A DNA stretch of 32,000 nucleotides, taken from contig NC_017080.1 in NCBI RefSeq assembly GCF_000284115.1, positions 660,001-692,000 on the forward strand, written 5' to 3'. The stretch comes from Phycisphaera mikurensis NBRC 102666 (GTDB taxonomy: Bacteria; Planctomycetota; Phycisphaerae; Phycisphaerales; Phycisphaeraceae). The notes beneath the pieces are model-generated. The model made no database searches, was not told the origin of the DNA, and saw only the letters and a program-made list of their open reading frames with translations. Numbering within the stretch: the stretch's first letter is position 1; every line of letters begins with the position of its first letter. Below, piece after piece: positions 24,194 to 32,000 of this stretch. The position numbers were made by a program, and so were the translations under genes.

Positions 24194-26949
24194 GCCGGGC
24201 TCCCGAATCGGAAAGTCTCGAAGGCTTTGGCGGCGAGCGTCGCGTGCAGCACGCCGTCGCGGAGCGTATGGGGCTCCTCCAGCGGCCGGCTCTCGCCGTT
24301 GACGCGCTGCGCGGTGGCGAGCGGCCCGCGGGCGGGCGGATGCAGCGAAAGCGAGAAGGCGGCGGGCTCGCCGGCGGGGTTGAAGAGGCGGGCCTCGATC
24401 CCGTCGCCGACGCGGCGGAGGCTCGAGAGCACGACGGCGCCGCGCAGCTCGGCGGCCGAGCCGGCCGCGGCGAGGCCGGCGGGGCGGTGCCAGAAGCCGG
24501 CGTGGACGCCCTGCTTCTGCACGGCCTGCGCACCGGCGTTGAGGCGCTGGCCGGCTTCGGTGAGCCCGACCGGGTCGGGCGCGGCGGAGAGCGGGTGGAT
24601 GCTGAAGCCGAAGCCCATGGCCCCGGGCAGCTGGCCGTCGGGCTCGCCCTCGCTGAAGGGCGTGCGTCGGTTCGAGCGGAAGAGCGTCAACGCGATCGGC
24701 CGATCGGGCAGGTCGCGCACGCAGGTTTCCATCAGCCCGGCCGTCACCACCGCGAGCCCGCGGCGGCCGTCCCAGGCCGCGGTCCAGCTCTGCTGCGGGC
24801 CGACCTCGTACGCGGTCTCCCGCCAGCCCGCGGCGTCCGCGGCGACCCCCACCGGCCGCTCGACCGCGTCGAAGGGCGAGTCGACGGCGTAGCGGTCGAC
24901 GTCGGCGCCGGTCGGGAAGAGCACGCGGAGGCGGTGGTCCTCGGCGGTGTTCTCGACGGTGCAGCGGACGCGGACGCAAGCTTCGCCGCCGCGGACCGTG
25001 ACCCGCTGGGTGACCGGGAGCTCCACGGTCCGCGGCGAGCGGGTCAGGCCGTGGCGCTGCAGAGAGGCGGGGACCCGCAAGCGGGTGGTCACCTCCAGCG
25101 TCGCCTGCAGCGGGCCGTCCTCGACGAGCGCGACCGAGAAGGGCGCGCCAAGCGAGCCGATCAGCCGGTCGTTGACCGGGGCTTCGTGGTGCCAGCCGTC
25201 GCCGGCGTCGCCGTTGTCCTCGAGCCCGAGCAGGCCGCGGTAGGCCTCGCCCGAGGCGTGATCGAGCACGGCGAGCGTGCCGTCGTTCCCGACGCTCACG
25301 CGGAGCCGGCCGTTGTCGATCGACGCGGCCCCGGTCGCGAGGCCGCGCCCGAGGCGGCGGCCCGGAGCGGGTTCGTCCGCGGGCACGGCCCGCACCGCGA
25401 GGGCCCGCCAGCCCAGCGGCGGGAGCCCCGCGCGCAGCGCGACGCGCACGCGGTGGCAGCGCTCCTGCTTCGGGTTCCGCGCCGGCAGCCGGAAGACCCG
25501 CTTCGCGTCACGCCGCTGGGAGAGCAGCTGGTACGGCACGCGCTCGCCGCCGCCGTCGACGAGGACGAAGGCGGTGACCGGCTCCTCGTCGATGCCGAAG
25601 GTTTCGGCTTCCGGCCAGCCGGTCGGCACCTCGACGTCCACCTCCGCCACGCCGTCGTCGGCGCGCGGCAGCGGGTTGAAGAGCACGAGCCGCTCCTCGT
25701 CGGCTCCGACCGCGGTGTCGATGCCGCCGGCGATCCCCGCGAGCGACGCCCGGGTCGACTTCAGCGCGAGCTGCTCGACCTGCCGGAAGCGGCCGGCCAT
25801 GTCGCGGTGCACGTCGTCGATGCTGCAGCCGCAGATGGAGTCGTGCGGGTGGTTCTTCATCAGCGTCGCCCACGCGTGATCCATGAAGCCGGGGGCCTCG
25901 GGCCTTCCGCGGACGCCCTCGGCGAGGAAGCCCCAGGGCTCGGCCCAGTGGCACAGCAGCGCCTGGCAGCGGCAGTTCTGCTGCTTGATCCACACGCGGC
26001 TGGCGGAGGTCCCGCCCGTCAGCCACTGCTGGTCGATGCCGATGGGCTCGGTGCCGAATGCGCGCAGCTCGCCTTGCTTCCGCTCGGTGATGCGGGCCGC
26101 CTGGTCGACCACCGCCCGCTGGTGCTCGTCGAGGCCGACGTGCCGCAACGCGAAGCGTTCGCCGCCCGCCTCGATCTCGCCGAGGTTCTCCTTGAGCAGC
26201 CCGTACGTCGCCGCGTCGAGCCCGTTGTGGTCGGGGCCGTCGAACAGCAGCACGGCGTCGATCGGGGTTCTCGCCGCCTCCGCCGCCAGGTATTCGCGGA
26301 GGCGTCGGTGGTACGCGGGGACGCCGTCCTCCACCCGCGGCCGGGCCTCCGCGTGGTCGGTGAACTGGCCGACGTTGACCGCGTAACCCCAGTAGCCGTT
26401 GGTGCCGAAGCGGTGGCAGGGCAGCTGGGTGCCATCGGCTCCGGTCCAGAGGAAGTTGCGGGTGGCGTGCAGGTTGATGCCGCGCCACAGGTAGGCGGCG
26501 GGGATGTCGAAGGCGGCGAGGATCCCGGGCATCTGGCTGTTGTGGCCGAAGAGGTCGCAGAGGAAGCCGGCGTCGCTGGGCTCGGCGCCGAGGGCGCGGA
26601 CCCGCTCGCGGCCCAGCCGCAGGTTGCGGATCAGCGACTCGCCGCTCACCAGCAGCTCGTCGGCGAGCGTGTACCACGGGCCCGAGACGATGTCGCCGCG
26701 GCGGAGCGCCCGGCCGAGTTCTTCGCGTCGCTCCGGCCGGATCTCCAGGTAATCCTCCAGCTGGACGCACTGGCCGTCGGTGAAGAAGGGGCCGGCCAGC
26801 TCGCCCGAGGCCAGGGCGTCGAGCACGCGGTCGAACAGCTCGACGAGCTCGTAGCGGAAGACCTGCAGCGGCCGGTACCACTCGCGGTCCCAGTGGCTGC
26901 TGAAGACGTAGAACGCCGGGCGGGGCGCGGGGGGCGGGGCGTCGGGCAT
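24190..26949 (-). CDS. Glycoside hydrolase family 38 alpha-mannosidase
   Basis: 919-aa ORF with an ATG start. The N-terminal catalytic domain has FYVFSSHWDREWY, WYTLADELLVSGESLIRNL, DLFGHNSQMPGIL and KNHPHDSICGCS. A central helical region and C-terminal beta-sandwich domains follow. No signal peptide is seen. Confidence 0.88.
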   Translation of the reverse strand: MPDAPPPAPRPAFYVFSSHWDREWYRPLQVFRYELVELFDRVLDALASGELAGPFFTDGQCVQLEDYLEIRPERREELGRALRRGDIVSGPWYTLADELLVSGESLIRNLRLGRERVRALGAEPSDAGFLCDLFGHNSQMPGILAAFDIPAAYLWRGINLHATRNFLWTGADGTQLPCHRFGTNGYWGYAVNVGQFTDHAEARPRVEDGVPAYHRRLREYLAAEAARTPIDAVLLFDGPDHNGLDAATYGLLKENLGEIEAGGERFALRHVGLDEHQRAVVDQAARITERKQGELRAFGTEPIGIDQQWLTGGTSASRVWIKQQNCRCQALLCHWAEPWGFLAEGVRGRPEAPGFMDHAWATLMKNHPHDSICGCSIDDVHRDMAGRFRQVEQLALKSTRASLAGIAGGIDTAVGADEERLVLFNPLPRADDGVAEVDVEVPTGWPEAETFGIDEEPVTAFVLVDGGGERVPYQLLSQRRDAKRVFRLPARNPKQERCHRVRVALRAGLPPLGWRALAVRAVPADEPAPGRRLGRGLATGAASIDNGRLRVSVGNDGTLAVLDHASGEAYRGLLGLEDNGDAGDGWHHEAPVNDRLIGSLGAPFSVALVEDGPLQATLEVTTRLRVPASLQRHGLTRSPRTVELPVTQRVTVRGGEACVRVRCTVENTAEDHRLRVLFPTGADVDRYAVDSPFDAVERPVGVAADAAGWRETAYEVGPQQSWTAAWDGRRGLAVVTAGLMETCVRDLPDRPIALTLFRSNRRTPFSEGEPDGQLPGAMGFGFSIHPLSAAPDPVGLTEAGQRLNAGAQAVQKQGVHAGFWHRPAGLAAAGSAAELRGAVVLSSLRRVGDGIEARLFNPAGEPAAFSLSLHPPARGPLATAQRVNGESRPLEEPHTLRDGVLHATLAAKAFETFRFGSPA

Positions 26950-26995
26950 GTCGGGCGGGGGAGAGGATTCGAGAGAGGGGACGCCGGCGCCGCGC

Positions 26996-28510
26996 TCAAG
27001 ACGGCGGCGCGGCGTGGTAGATCGTGGTCAGCCAGCGGTCGCAGACGTTCTCGCCGGTGTCCTCGCCGAGCCCGAAGGCCCAGACGATCTCGCGGGGTTC
27101 GGGCGGGCGGTCGATGAGCGCGACCACCTCGTGGGTGCCGGGCCCGAAGCGTCGGCGGGCCATCTGGTTGGCCGGTGCCCGGTGCATCGCCGGGCACATG
27201 CGGCCCCCCTCGCGCTCGAAGGCCAGCTTGCCGTCGATGTACACCCGCACCGACTCGGGGGTGTTGAAGAGCACCTTGGTGGCCGTTTCGTCGTCGAAGT
27301 CGAAGCGGTAGCGGACCGCCATCGTGCCGCCCTCGAAGCGATCGGCCGGCCAGCGAGCGACCGTGCCCGGCAGCTCCACCGAGTGCATCTCCCCCAGCCG
27401 CGGGAGCGGGACCGCGGCGCCCAGCGCCGGCTCGCTCGCCTGGTTCCGCGAGCGGATGACCGGGAGGAAGCCGATCTCCGCGGGCACCGCGAGCCGCGGC
27501 GGTTCCGCCCGCGGCGGCGACGCCGGCGGGGCCCCGCCGATGCGCCGGCGGAGGTCGAGGACGAGGTCGGTGAAGGCGTCGAGCGTGGGCGGGTGGCCTG
27601 GCAGCTCGATCGACGGGCTGAGCACCAGGTCGCGGCCGATCGGCTCGAGCCACTTGGCGGGGATGCCGCCGGGGTCGAGGATCCCCAGCAGAGCCCCGAG
27701 GGTCGCCCCCGTGCAGTCGGTGTCCTGCCCGCAGTTCACCGCGATGCAGAGGCTCTCCCCGAAGTCGCCGCCGCCGGCGAGCCAGCCGAGCACCGTGAAG
27801 GCGACGTTCTGCACAACGTCGGTGCAGTTCTCGTGGCCCCAGCGCGAGAGGATCCGGCGGCGGACGTCCCGCCAGTCGGGCCGCTCGGCGTGCCACCGCC
27901 GCGTGTCCGCGACGGCGAGGCGGACCTTCGAGGAGGCGGGCAGCAGAGCGGACGCGGCGTCGAGCAGCGCGTCGCGGTCGCTCTCCACGAAGGCGAGCGC
28001 CTCCAGCGCCGCGAAGAAGCGGGCCGCCTCGATGCCCTCGCCCGCGTGATCGAGGCAGGCGTCCTCGTACGCGTAGTCCGCCGCGAGCCCGGGGTCCCCC
28101 GCCGCCAGGCACGCCCAGAGCTCGGTGCGGATCGCGGCGCCCATCCCGTGGGCGAACCAGTTGTCCCACGACCCGGTGTGGGGCGGGCGCAGGCCCAGCG
28201 CCAGGTTGCGTTTGCAGAGGCCGTACTCGTCGGGCGACATGTGCACGTGATCGGTCCACAGCGGGATGAGCATCTCGCGTCCCACCCGCGGCCGCTCCAT
28301 CCGGTCCAGCAGAGCCGCCGCGACGACCTGCAGGTCCAGGTCGTCGTTGGGGATCATCTCCGCGGGGACGGGGTCGTAGTAGCGGAGCCCGAGCGCGTGC
28401 GTGACGCCCTCGTACGGCTGGCCGAGCGTGCCGCCGACGGCCTTGCCCAGCCAGCAGCCGGTCGCCTTGGAGCGGAGGGTTTCGTCGTCGAGAGGCGGTG
28501 CGGTGGTCAT
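26996..28510 (-). CDS. ADP-ribosylglycohydrolase-fold protein with extra C-terminal beta-sandwich-like domain
   Basis: ORF 26996..28804 trimmed to the ATG at 28510 (MTTAPPLDDETLRSKATGCWLGKAVGGTLGQPYEG...). The ARH-like core includes NDDLDLQ and NCGQDTDCTGATLGALLG. The extra ~170 aa (FEGGTMAVRYRFDFDDETATKVLFNTPESVRVYIDGKLAFE...) is absent from the ARH at 14579. The gene lies 46 nt upstream of GH38. Confidence 0.8.
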   Translation of the reverse strand: MTTAPPLDDETLRSKATGCWLGKAVGGTLGQPYEGVTHALGLRYYDPVPAEMIPNDDLDLQVVAAALLDRMERPRVGREMLIPLWTDHVHMSPDEYGLCKRNLALGLRPPHTGSWDNWFAHGMGAAIRTELWACLAAGDPGLAADYAYEDACLDHAGEGIEAARFFAALEALAFVESDRDALLDAASALLPASSKVRLAVADTRRWHAERPDWRDVRRRILSRWGHENCTDVVQNVAFTVLGWLAGGGDFGESLCIAVNCGQDTDCTGATLGALLGILDPGGIPAKWLEPIGRDLVLSPSIELPGHPPTLDAFTDLVLDLRRRIGGAPPASPPRAEPPRLAVPAEIGFLPVIRSRNQASEPALGAAVPLPRLGEMHSVELPGTVARWPADRFEGGTMAVRYRFDFDDETATKVLFNTPESVRVYIDGKLAFEREGGRMCPAMHRAPANQMARRRFGPGTHEVVALIDRPPEPREIVWAFGLGEDTGENVCDRWLTTIYHAAPPS

Positions 28511-28538
28511 CGGGAGAGGTGGGGCGGGCCAGAAGGTC

Positions 28539-28551
28539 CTGTATGATACAT
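28539..28551. promoter_or_regulatory. Candidate operator 1 (CTGTATGATACAT, contains perfect palindrome TGTAT-G-ATACA)
   Basis: An AT-rich palindrome in otherwise GC-rich DNA, 29-41 nt upstream of the ARH-like / GH38 / GH125 operon start codon. Its GT-N-AC symmetry is typical of GntR-family operators. A related site lies at 28764-28776. Confidence 0.45.
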
Positions 28552-28763
28552 GATGCGGAACCGATCCGGTGGGCTTCGGGGCGTTCCGCGGGCTGCCGGC
28601 CGCGCCGGCGGTGCCGCGGCGACGCGGCGAGGAGCCCCTGTTGACGGCCGCGGATCCGCCCGCTGGCCGGACCCGCCGGCGGCGTCCACGCGGCGGAGCC
28701 GGGAGAGAAACTTCCGCGACCGGCCGGATCTTCCGCAAGATCCCTTGCAATACACCCGCGACC

Positions 28764-28776
28764 CAGTACCATACAG
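28764..28776. promoter_or_regulatory. Candidate operator 2 (reverse complement CTGTATGGTACTG)
   Basis: Matches site 1 at 10 of 13 positions in inverted orientation. It ends 4 nt before the regulator ATG (28780) and overlaps a possible TTGCAA-N16-TACCAT promoter-like pair. Confidence 0.4.
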
Positions 28777-28779
28777 TCC

Positions 28780-29880
28780 ATGCCGGTGATCGACCCCAAC
28801 CCACTCGTTGAGCAAGTCCGGGCGGACCTGCGTCGGCGGGCCGGCAGCACCTACGCGGTGGGCACCCGCCTGCCGCCGATGCGCCGCCTCAGCGACGACT
28901 TCGGCTGCAGCCTCGGCGTGGTGCAGATGGCGATCAACACCCTCGTCGCCGAGGGCCGGCTGCGCAGCGAGCCCCGGAAGGGGATCTTCGTGGCCGAGCC
29001 GCCGGTCACGCAGAAGCGCGACGTCGCGCTGGTGCTCCCGACGCTGAAGCTCGAGGCGATGGACGCGATCATCCGCGGCGTCCGCGGCGGCCTCCGCGAC
29101 GAGTCGCTCCGCCTGGACATCCAAGCCGCCGACGCGAGCTATGCCGGCCAGATCGGCTTGCTCGATCGGCTCGACCTCACCCGCCTCGCCGGCGTCATCA
29201 TCTGTCCGCCGATCGCCGACGCCTACGCGGACGCCATCCAGCGCTTCGCCGACCGCGGCGTCCCGGTGGTGCAGGCGACCCACCGCCTCTCGGAGGTCCG
29301 CTGCGACACCGTCGTCATCGACGGCTTCGACCTCGGCCGCGGCGCCGCCGAGCACCTGCTCGGCTGCGGTCACCGCCGCATCGGGCTGCTCGGGATGTCG
29401 CAGGCGTCGCGCACGATGCGGGACACCCTCAGCGGGGTCCGCACCGCGTTGCGGAACGCGGGCCTCGATCCCGACACCCTGCCCTCGGCCGACTTCGACC
29501 TCTCGCAGAACGACGTCGAGCACCCCTGGGCCTCCGCCGAGGCCGCCGCGACGCGGCTGCTCACCGAGAACCCCGGCCTCACCGCCGTGCTCGCCGGCTC
29601 GCACTACCCCGCCCTGGGGGCGGCCCGCGCCGCGGCCACGCTGGGCCTGTCCATCCCCGGGGACTTCTCGCTGATGGCGATGGGGGCCGACATCCAGGGC
29701 CTCCGGCTCTGGCAGCCCGGCATCACGCTGATGGAGGACCCGATCGAGTTCATCTGTCAACGGGCGGCCGTCCGCCTCGAGCAGGTCCTCGCCGAACCCG
29801 GGCAGCCGCCCGAGGTGATCCAGCTCCCGCCGCGGCTGATCGTCCGCGGCAGCGTCGCCGCGCCCGCTTCGGGCGGCTGA
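28780..29880 (+). CDS. AraR-type transcriptional regulator (GntR-family wHTH plus LacI/PBP1-type sugar-binding domain)
   Basis: 366-aa ORF with an ATG start. The N-terminal GntR HTH is LPPMRRLSDDFGCSLGVVQMAINTLVAEGRLRSEPRKGIFV. The remainder resembles a periplasmic-binding-protein-like effector domain (VALVLP, GVIICP, VPVVQ, HRRIGLLG, PGDFSLMAMG). It is divergent from the mannosidase operon. Confidence 0.85.
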   Translation: MPVIDPNPLVEQVRADLRRRAGSTYAVGTRLPPMRRLSDDFGCSLGVVQMAINTLVAEGRLRSEPRKGIFVAEPPVTQKRDVALVLPTLKLEAMDAIIRGVRGGLRDESLRLDIQAADASYAGQIGLLDRLDLTRLAGVIICPPIADAYADAIQRFADRGVPVVQATHRLSEVRCDTVVIDGFDLGRGAAEHLLGCGHRRIGLLGMSQASRTMRDTLSGVRTALRNAGLDPDTLPSADFDLSQNDVEHPWASAEAAATRLLTENPGLTAVLAGSHYPALGAARAAATLGLSIPGDFSLMAMGADIQGLRLWQPGITLMEDPIEFICQRAAVRLEQVLAEPGQPPEVIQLPPRLIVRGSVAAPASGG

Positions 29881-29895
29881 GCCCGCCGCTTCTCC

Positions 29896-29926
29896 GCGGG
29901 CGTTCGTGCCCGCCGCGTTTCTGTTT
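29896..29926 (+). terminator. Candidate intrinsic terminator after the regulator gene
   Basis: GCGGGC-GTTCGT-GCCCGC (29896-29913) followed by the T-rich CGCGTTTCTGTTTCC. The stem is short (6 bp). Confidence 0.4.
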
Positions 29927-29991
29927 CCAGCCGCTTCTCCGGCACCGCTTCTTCCCCGCATCCCCTTCACCCCCTCTTCACGGAGTCCCCG

Positions 29992-30723
29992 ATGTCCACG
30001 TCCCCTCCCGCCCCGTCCACCCGCGCGGGCTTTACCCTGATCGAGCTGCTGGTGGTGATCTCGATCATCGCCCTTCTGATCGGCATCCTGCTGCCGGCGC
30101 TGGGCGCCGCGCGCAACACGGCCCGCTTGTCGGCGTGCCTGAGCAACCAGCGGCAGATCTCGATCGCCTACGCCGTCTACGCGGCCGACTTCAAGGAGAC
30201 CTGGCCGCTCGCCTTCGGCCTGGGCACCTTCTTCAGCTCGCCGCCGATGCCCTTCATGTCGTGGAACGAGACGCACCTGTGGCCGCAGATGCAGGGCCGC
30301 GAGCAGCCGTGGAACTTCGACAACGTCGTGAGCTCGGTCTTCGTCTGTCCCGAGTACGAGAAGTCCAGCGTCGCCCAGCCGCACGACATCTCCTTCGGCA
30401 TGAACCAGATGCTGCCGTCCGTGGGCTCGACCGGCCCCAGCGGCCCGGTGCCCTTCTACTGGGACTATAAGAAGCCCGAGCAGATCAAAGACGCGACGGG
30501 CGCGATGGTGGTGATCGACAACAACGGCTCGGCGATCTCCGGCCAGGCGGCGCAGATGCAGACGCTCAAGGAGGTCTCGGACCGGCACATGAACGCCGTG
30601 ACGATGCAGTTCGCCGACGGGCACGCGGAGTCGCGGAAGTTCGAGGAGATCCCCCCGAACCTCGAGGCCGACGGAGCCACCAGCGCCGGTCACGCCGAGG
30701 ACACCTTCTGGCGTGGCGACTGA
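29992..30723 (+). CDS. Prepilin-type N-terminal cleavage/methylation domain protein of the H-X9-DG (DUF1559-like) family
   Basis: 243-aa ORF with GGAG 6 nt upstream of the ATG. The N-terminus [27 protein letters not shown] is a type IV pilin-like leader plus hydrophobic helix. The C-terminal [12 protein letters not shown] is an exact H-X9-DG motif. Confidence 0.88.
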   Translation: MSTSPPAPSTRAGFTLIELLVVISIIALLIGILLPALGAARNTARLSACLSNQRQISIAYAVYAADFKETWPLAFGLGTFFSSPPMPFMSWNETHLWPQMQGREQPWNFDNVVSSVFVCPEYEKSSVAQPHDISFGMNQMLPSVGSTGPSGPVPFYWDYKKPEQIKDATGAMVVIDNNGSAISGQAAQMQTLKEVSDRHMNAVTMQFADGHAESRKFEEIPPNLEADGATSAGHAEDTFWRGD

Positions 30724-30857
30724 ACGCCGCCGTGGCCGCGCCGGCGCGCGGCCCGGAGCTCGCCCTGCGGGAGCCAACCCTCCCGCGCGGCCTTCAAACC
30801 CGGCGGAGCGTTCCGTCGACACCTCACACGCCGCATCCTGCGGCAGAAACGGATTGG

Positions 30858-31682
30858 ATGAAAATGATGAGCACGACCCCCTCTTGCCGTCTCCCACGGG
30901 TCGCCGCGGCCGCGATCGCAGCGGCCGGCGTCGCCTCCAGCGCCTCCGCGGCCTCCTTCAACGACACCTTCGACAGCGCGGGCGACATCGCCAGCAACTA
31001 CACCGGCTTCGAGCTGACCAGCTCCGAGACGGCGGCCGGTGTCGACAGCAACACCTACAGCAGCGGCAGCAGCTTCGCGCTGGACCCCGTGGACGGCCAG
31101 GTGGACTTCACGGTGACGATCCCCAGCGGGTTCAACCTGAACATCCTCCAACGCAGCGTCGACGCGGCGAACCTCTACGACATCAACCAGGGCATGAGCC
31201 TGACGATGAACGCCAGCGGCCTCGATCCCACGTTCTTCGACGCGATCCGCAACCCGGCCACCTTCGGGACCTCCGGCGGCACGCTCAACGCGGACATCAC
31301 CGTCTCGGTGCAGAACATCGACTTCGGCCAGTACCGCCTCGGGGTGCAGGTGGGCGGCGTCGATCTGCCCGGCGGCGGCCAGCAGAACTACGCCGGTTCG
31401 CCGGACGGGGTGAACTTCACGCTGAACATCGACAACGACAGCTACAGCGTGCTGGCCGACGGCGCCGAGCTGATCGCCGACACGGCCCACGGCATCGTCT
31501 TCAGCTCGCTGGAGGGCGTGACGCCCACGGTCGGCGCCCAGAACGTCTTCGCGGGCGGGGGCAACACGTCGCTGTCCATCAACAGCTTCGCGGGGACCGG
31601 CGTCGCCGTGCCCGAGCCCGCCACCGCCACGCTCGCCGCCGCCGGCCTGGGCCTGCTGACGCTCCGCCGCCGCGGACGGTGA
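30858..31682 (+). CDS. PEP-CTERM sorting-domain secreted protein
   Basis: ORF 30732..31682 trimmed to the ATG at 30858, giving the signal peptide MKMMSTTPSCRLPRVAAAAIAAAGVASSASAAS. The C-terminus VPEPATATLAAAGLGLLTLRRRGR is PEP motif, then TM helix, then Arg cluster. The middle is Ser/Thr/Gly/Asn-rich and probably a beta-sandwich. Confidence 0.85.
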   Translation: MKMMSTTPSCRLPRVAAAAIAAAGVASSASAASFNDTFDSAGDIASNYTGFELTSSETAAGVDSNTYSSGSSFALDPVDGQVDFTVTIPSGFNLNILQRSVDAANLYDINQGMSLTMNASGLDPTFFDAIRNPATFGTSGGTLNADITVSVQNIDFGQYRLGVQVGGVDLPGGGQQNYAGSPDGVNFTLNIDNDSYSVLADGAELIADTAHGIVFSSLEGVTPTVGAQNVFAGGGNTSLSINSFAGTGVAVPEPATATLAAAGLGLLTLRRRGR

Positions 31683-31709
31683 GCTCCGACGCCGAGATGC
31701 ACCCCCGAT

Positions 31710-31743
31710 CCGCGGGCGGCCCACCGGCCTCCCGCGGCCTTTT
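31710..31743 (+). terminator. Candidate intrinsic terminator after the PEP-CTERM gene
   Basis: CCGCGGG...GGCC-CACC-GGCC...CCCGCGG composite stem (31710-31737) followed by CCTTTT. This is one of the few hairpins in the window with a T-tract. Confidence 0.55.
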
Positions 31744-31780
31744 GAGTCCGCGTCCCACTCCTTCCCTTCAGGATCACTCG

Positions 31781-32000
31781 ATGCCCTCCACCCTCCTGCT
31801 CGCCGGCGGCGGCCTGCTCGCGCTCACCTCCACGCTGCTCGCCGCCGGTGCCGCCTCCGCCGCGCCCATGTCCGGCGTGACCGTCGGCTTCGGCGAAGCG
31901 GTGCCCGTGAACCGCGGCGCCTTCGGCCTCAACAACAACAACGCGGCCGCGGACGCCCGCACCAACGGCGACGCGTACCCCGCGCTCATCAAGGCCTTGG
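31781..32000 (+). CDS. Signal-peptide protein, 5' fragment (continues past window end)
   Basis: My own translation from the ATG at 31781: MPSTLLLAGGGLLALTSTLLAAGAASAAPMSGVTVGFGEAVPVNRGAFGLNNNNAAADARTNGDAYPALIKAL... It is not in the ORF track because no stop is reached. Function is not assignable from 73 aa. Confidence 0.5.
   Translation, partial: MPSTLLLAGGGLLALTSTLLAAGAASAAPMSGVTVGFGEAVPVNRGAFGLNNNNAAADARTNGDAYPALIKAL

Noticed and set aside
28648-28693. Fifth copy of the 46-bp palindromic element (CCGCGGATCC-N26-GTCCACGCGG)
   Set aside because: The spacing matches (26 nt), but the arms pair at only about 6 of 10 positions. I cannot tell a decayed copy from chance in CCGCGG-rich DNA, so it is not counted.

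Overview
Very GC-rich (by eye about 70%) bacterial chromosomal window. It looks like a PVC-group, Planctomycetota-like genome; this is an inference from an H-X9-DG prepilin-like protein, a PEP-CTERM protein and an LpxC-FabZ fusion. I support 28 protein-coding genes, one tRNA-Ala(GGC), several stem-loop terminator candidates and two families of non-coding repeats. Positions 1-17.9 kb are mostly housekeeping: lpxA, lpxC-fabZ, glnA, rpsO, hemL, serA, an AlkA-like glycosylase, a DUF1569/DinB-like protein, a disulfide-reductase homologue, a secreted BNR/sialidase-like propeller, rsmB, a DUF151 nuclease-domain protein, an ADP-ribosylglycohydrolase (ARH), a COG1579 zinc-ribbon protein and a fructosamine-kinase-like kinase. 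Positions 18.7-32 kb are accessory. They hold a circularly permuted ATP-grasp / alpha-E / transglutaminase operon and an ARH-like / GH38 / GH125 mannosidase operon. That operon is transcribed divergently from an AraR-type (GntR-HTH plus sugar-binding domain) regulator. A cluster of H-X9-DG pseudopilin-like, PEP-CTERM and signal-peptide proteins follows. I see no CRISPR array, cas genes, transposase, integrase or recognisable defence system. The most unusual content is non-coding. (i) A ~4.6-copy tandem array of a 139-bp unit, built on a nested three-hairpin palindrome, fills the convergent gap at 18.0-18.7 kb. (ii) A dispersed 46-bp element, CCGCGGACCG-N26-CGGTCCGCGG, occurs four times with perfect arms and identical spacing, always between genes. 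Many long Arg/Pro/Gly-rich ORFs in the six-frame track are out-of-frame or antisense shadows typical of high-GC DNA and are not called.
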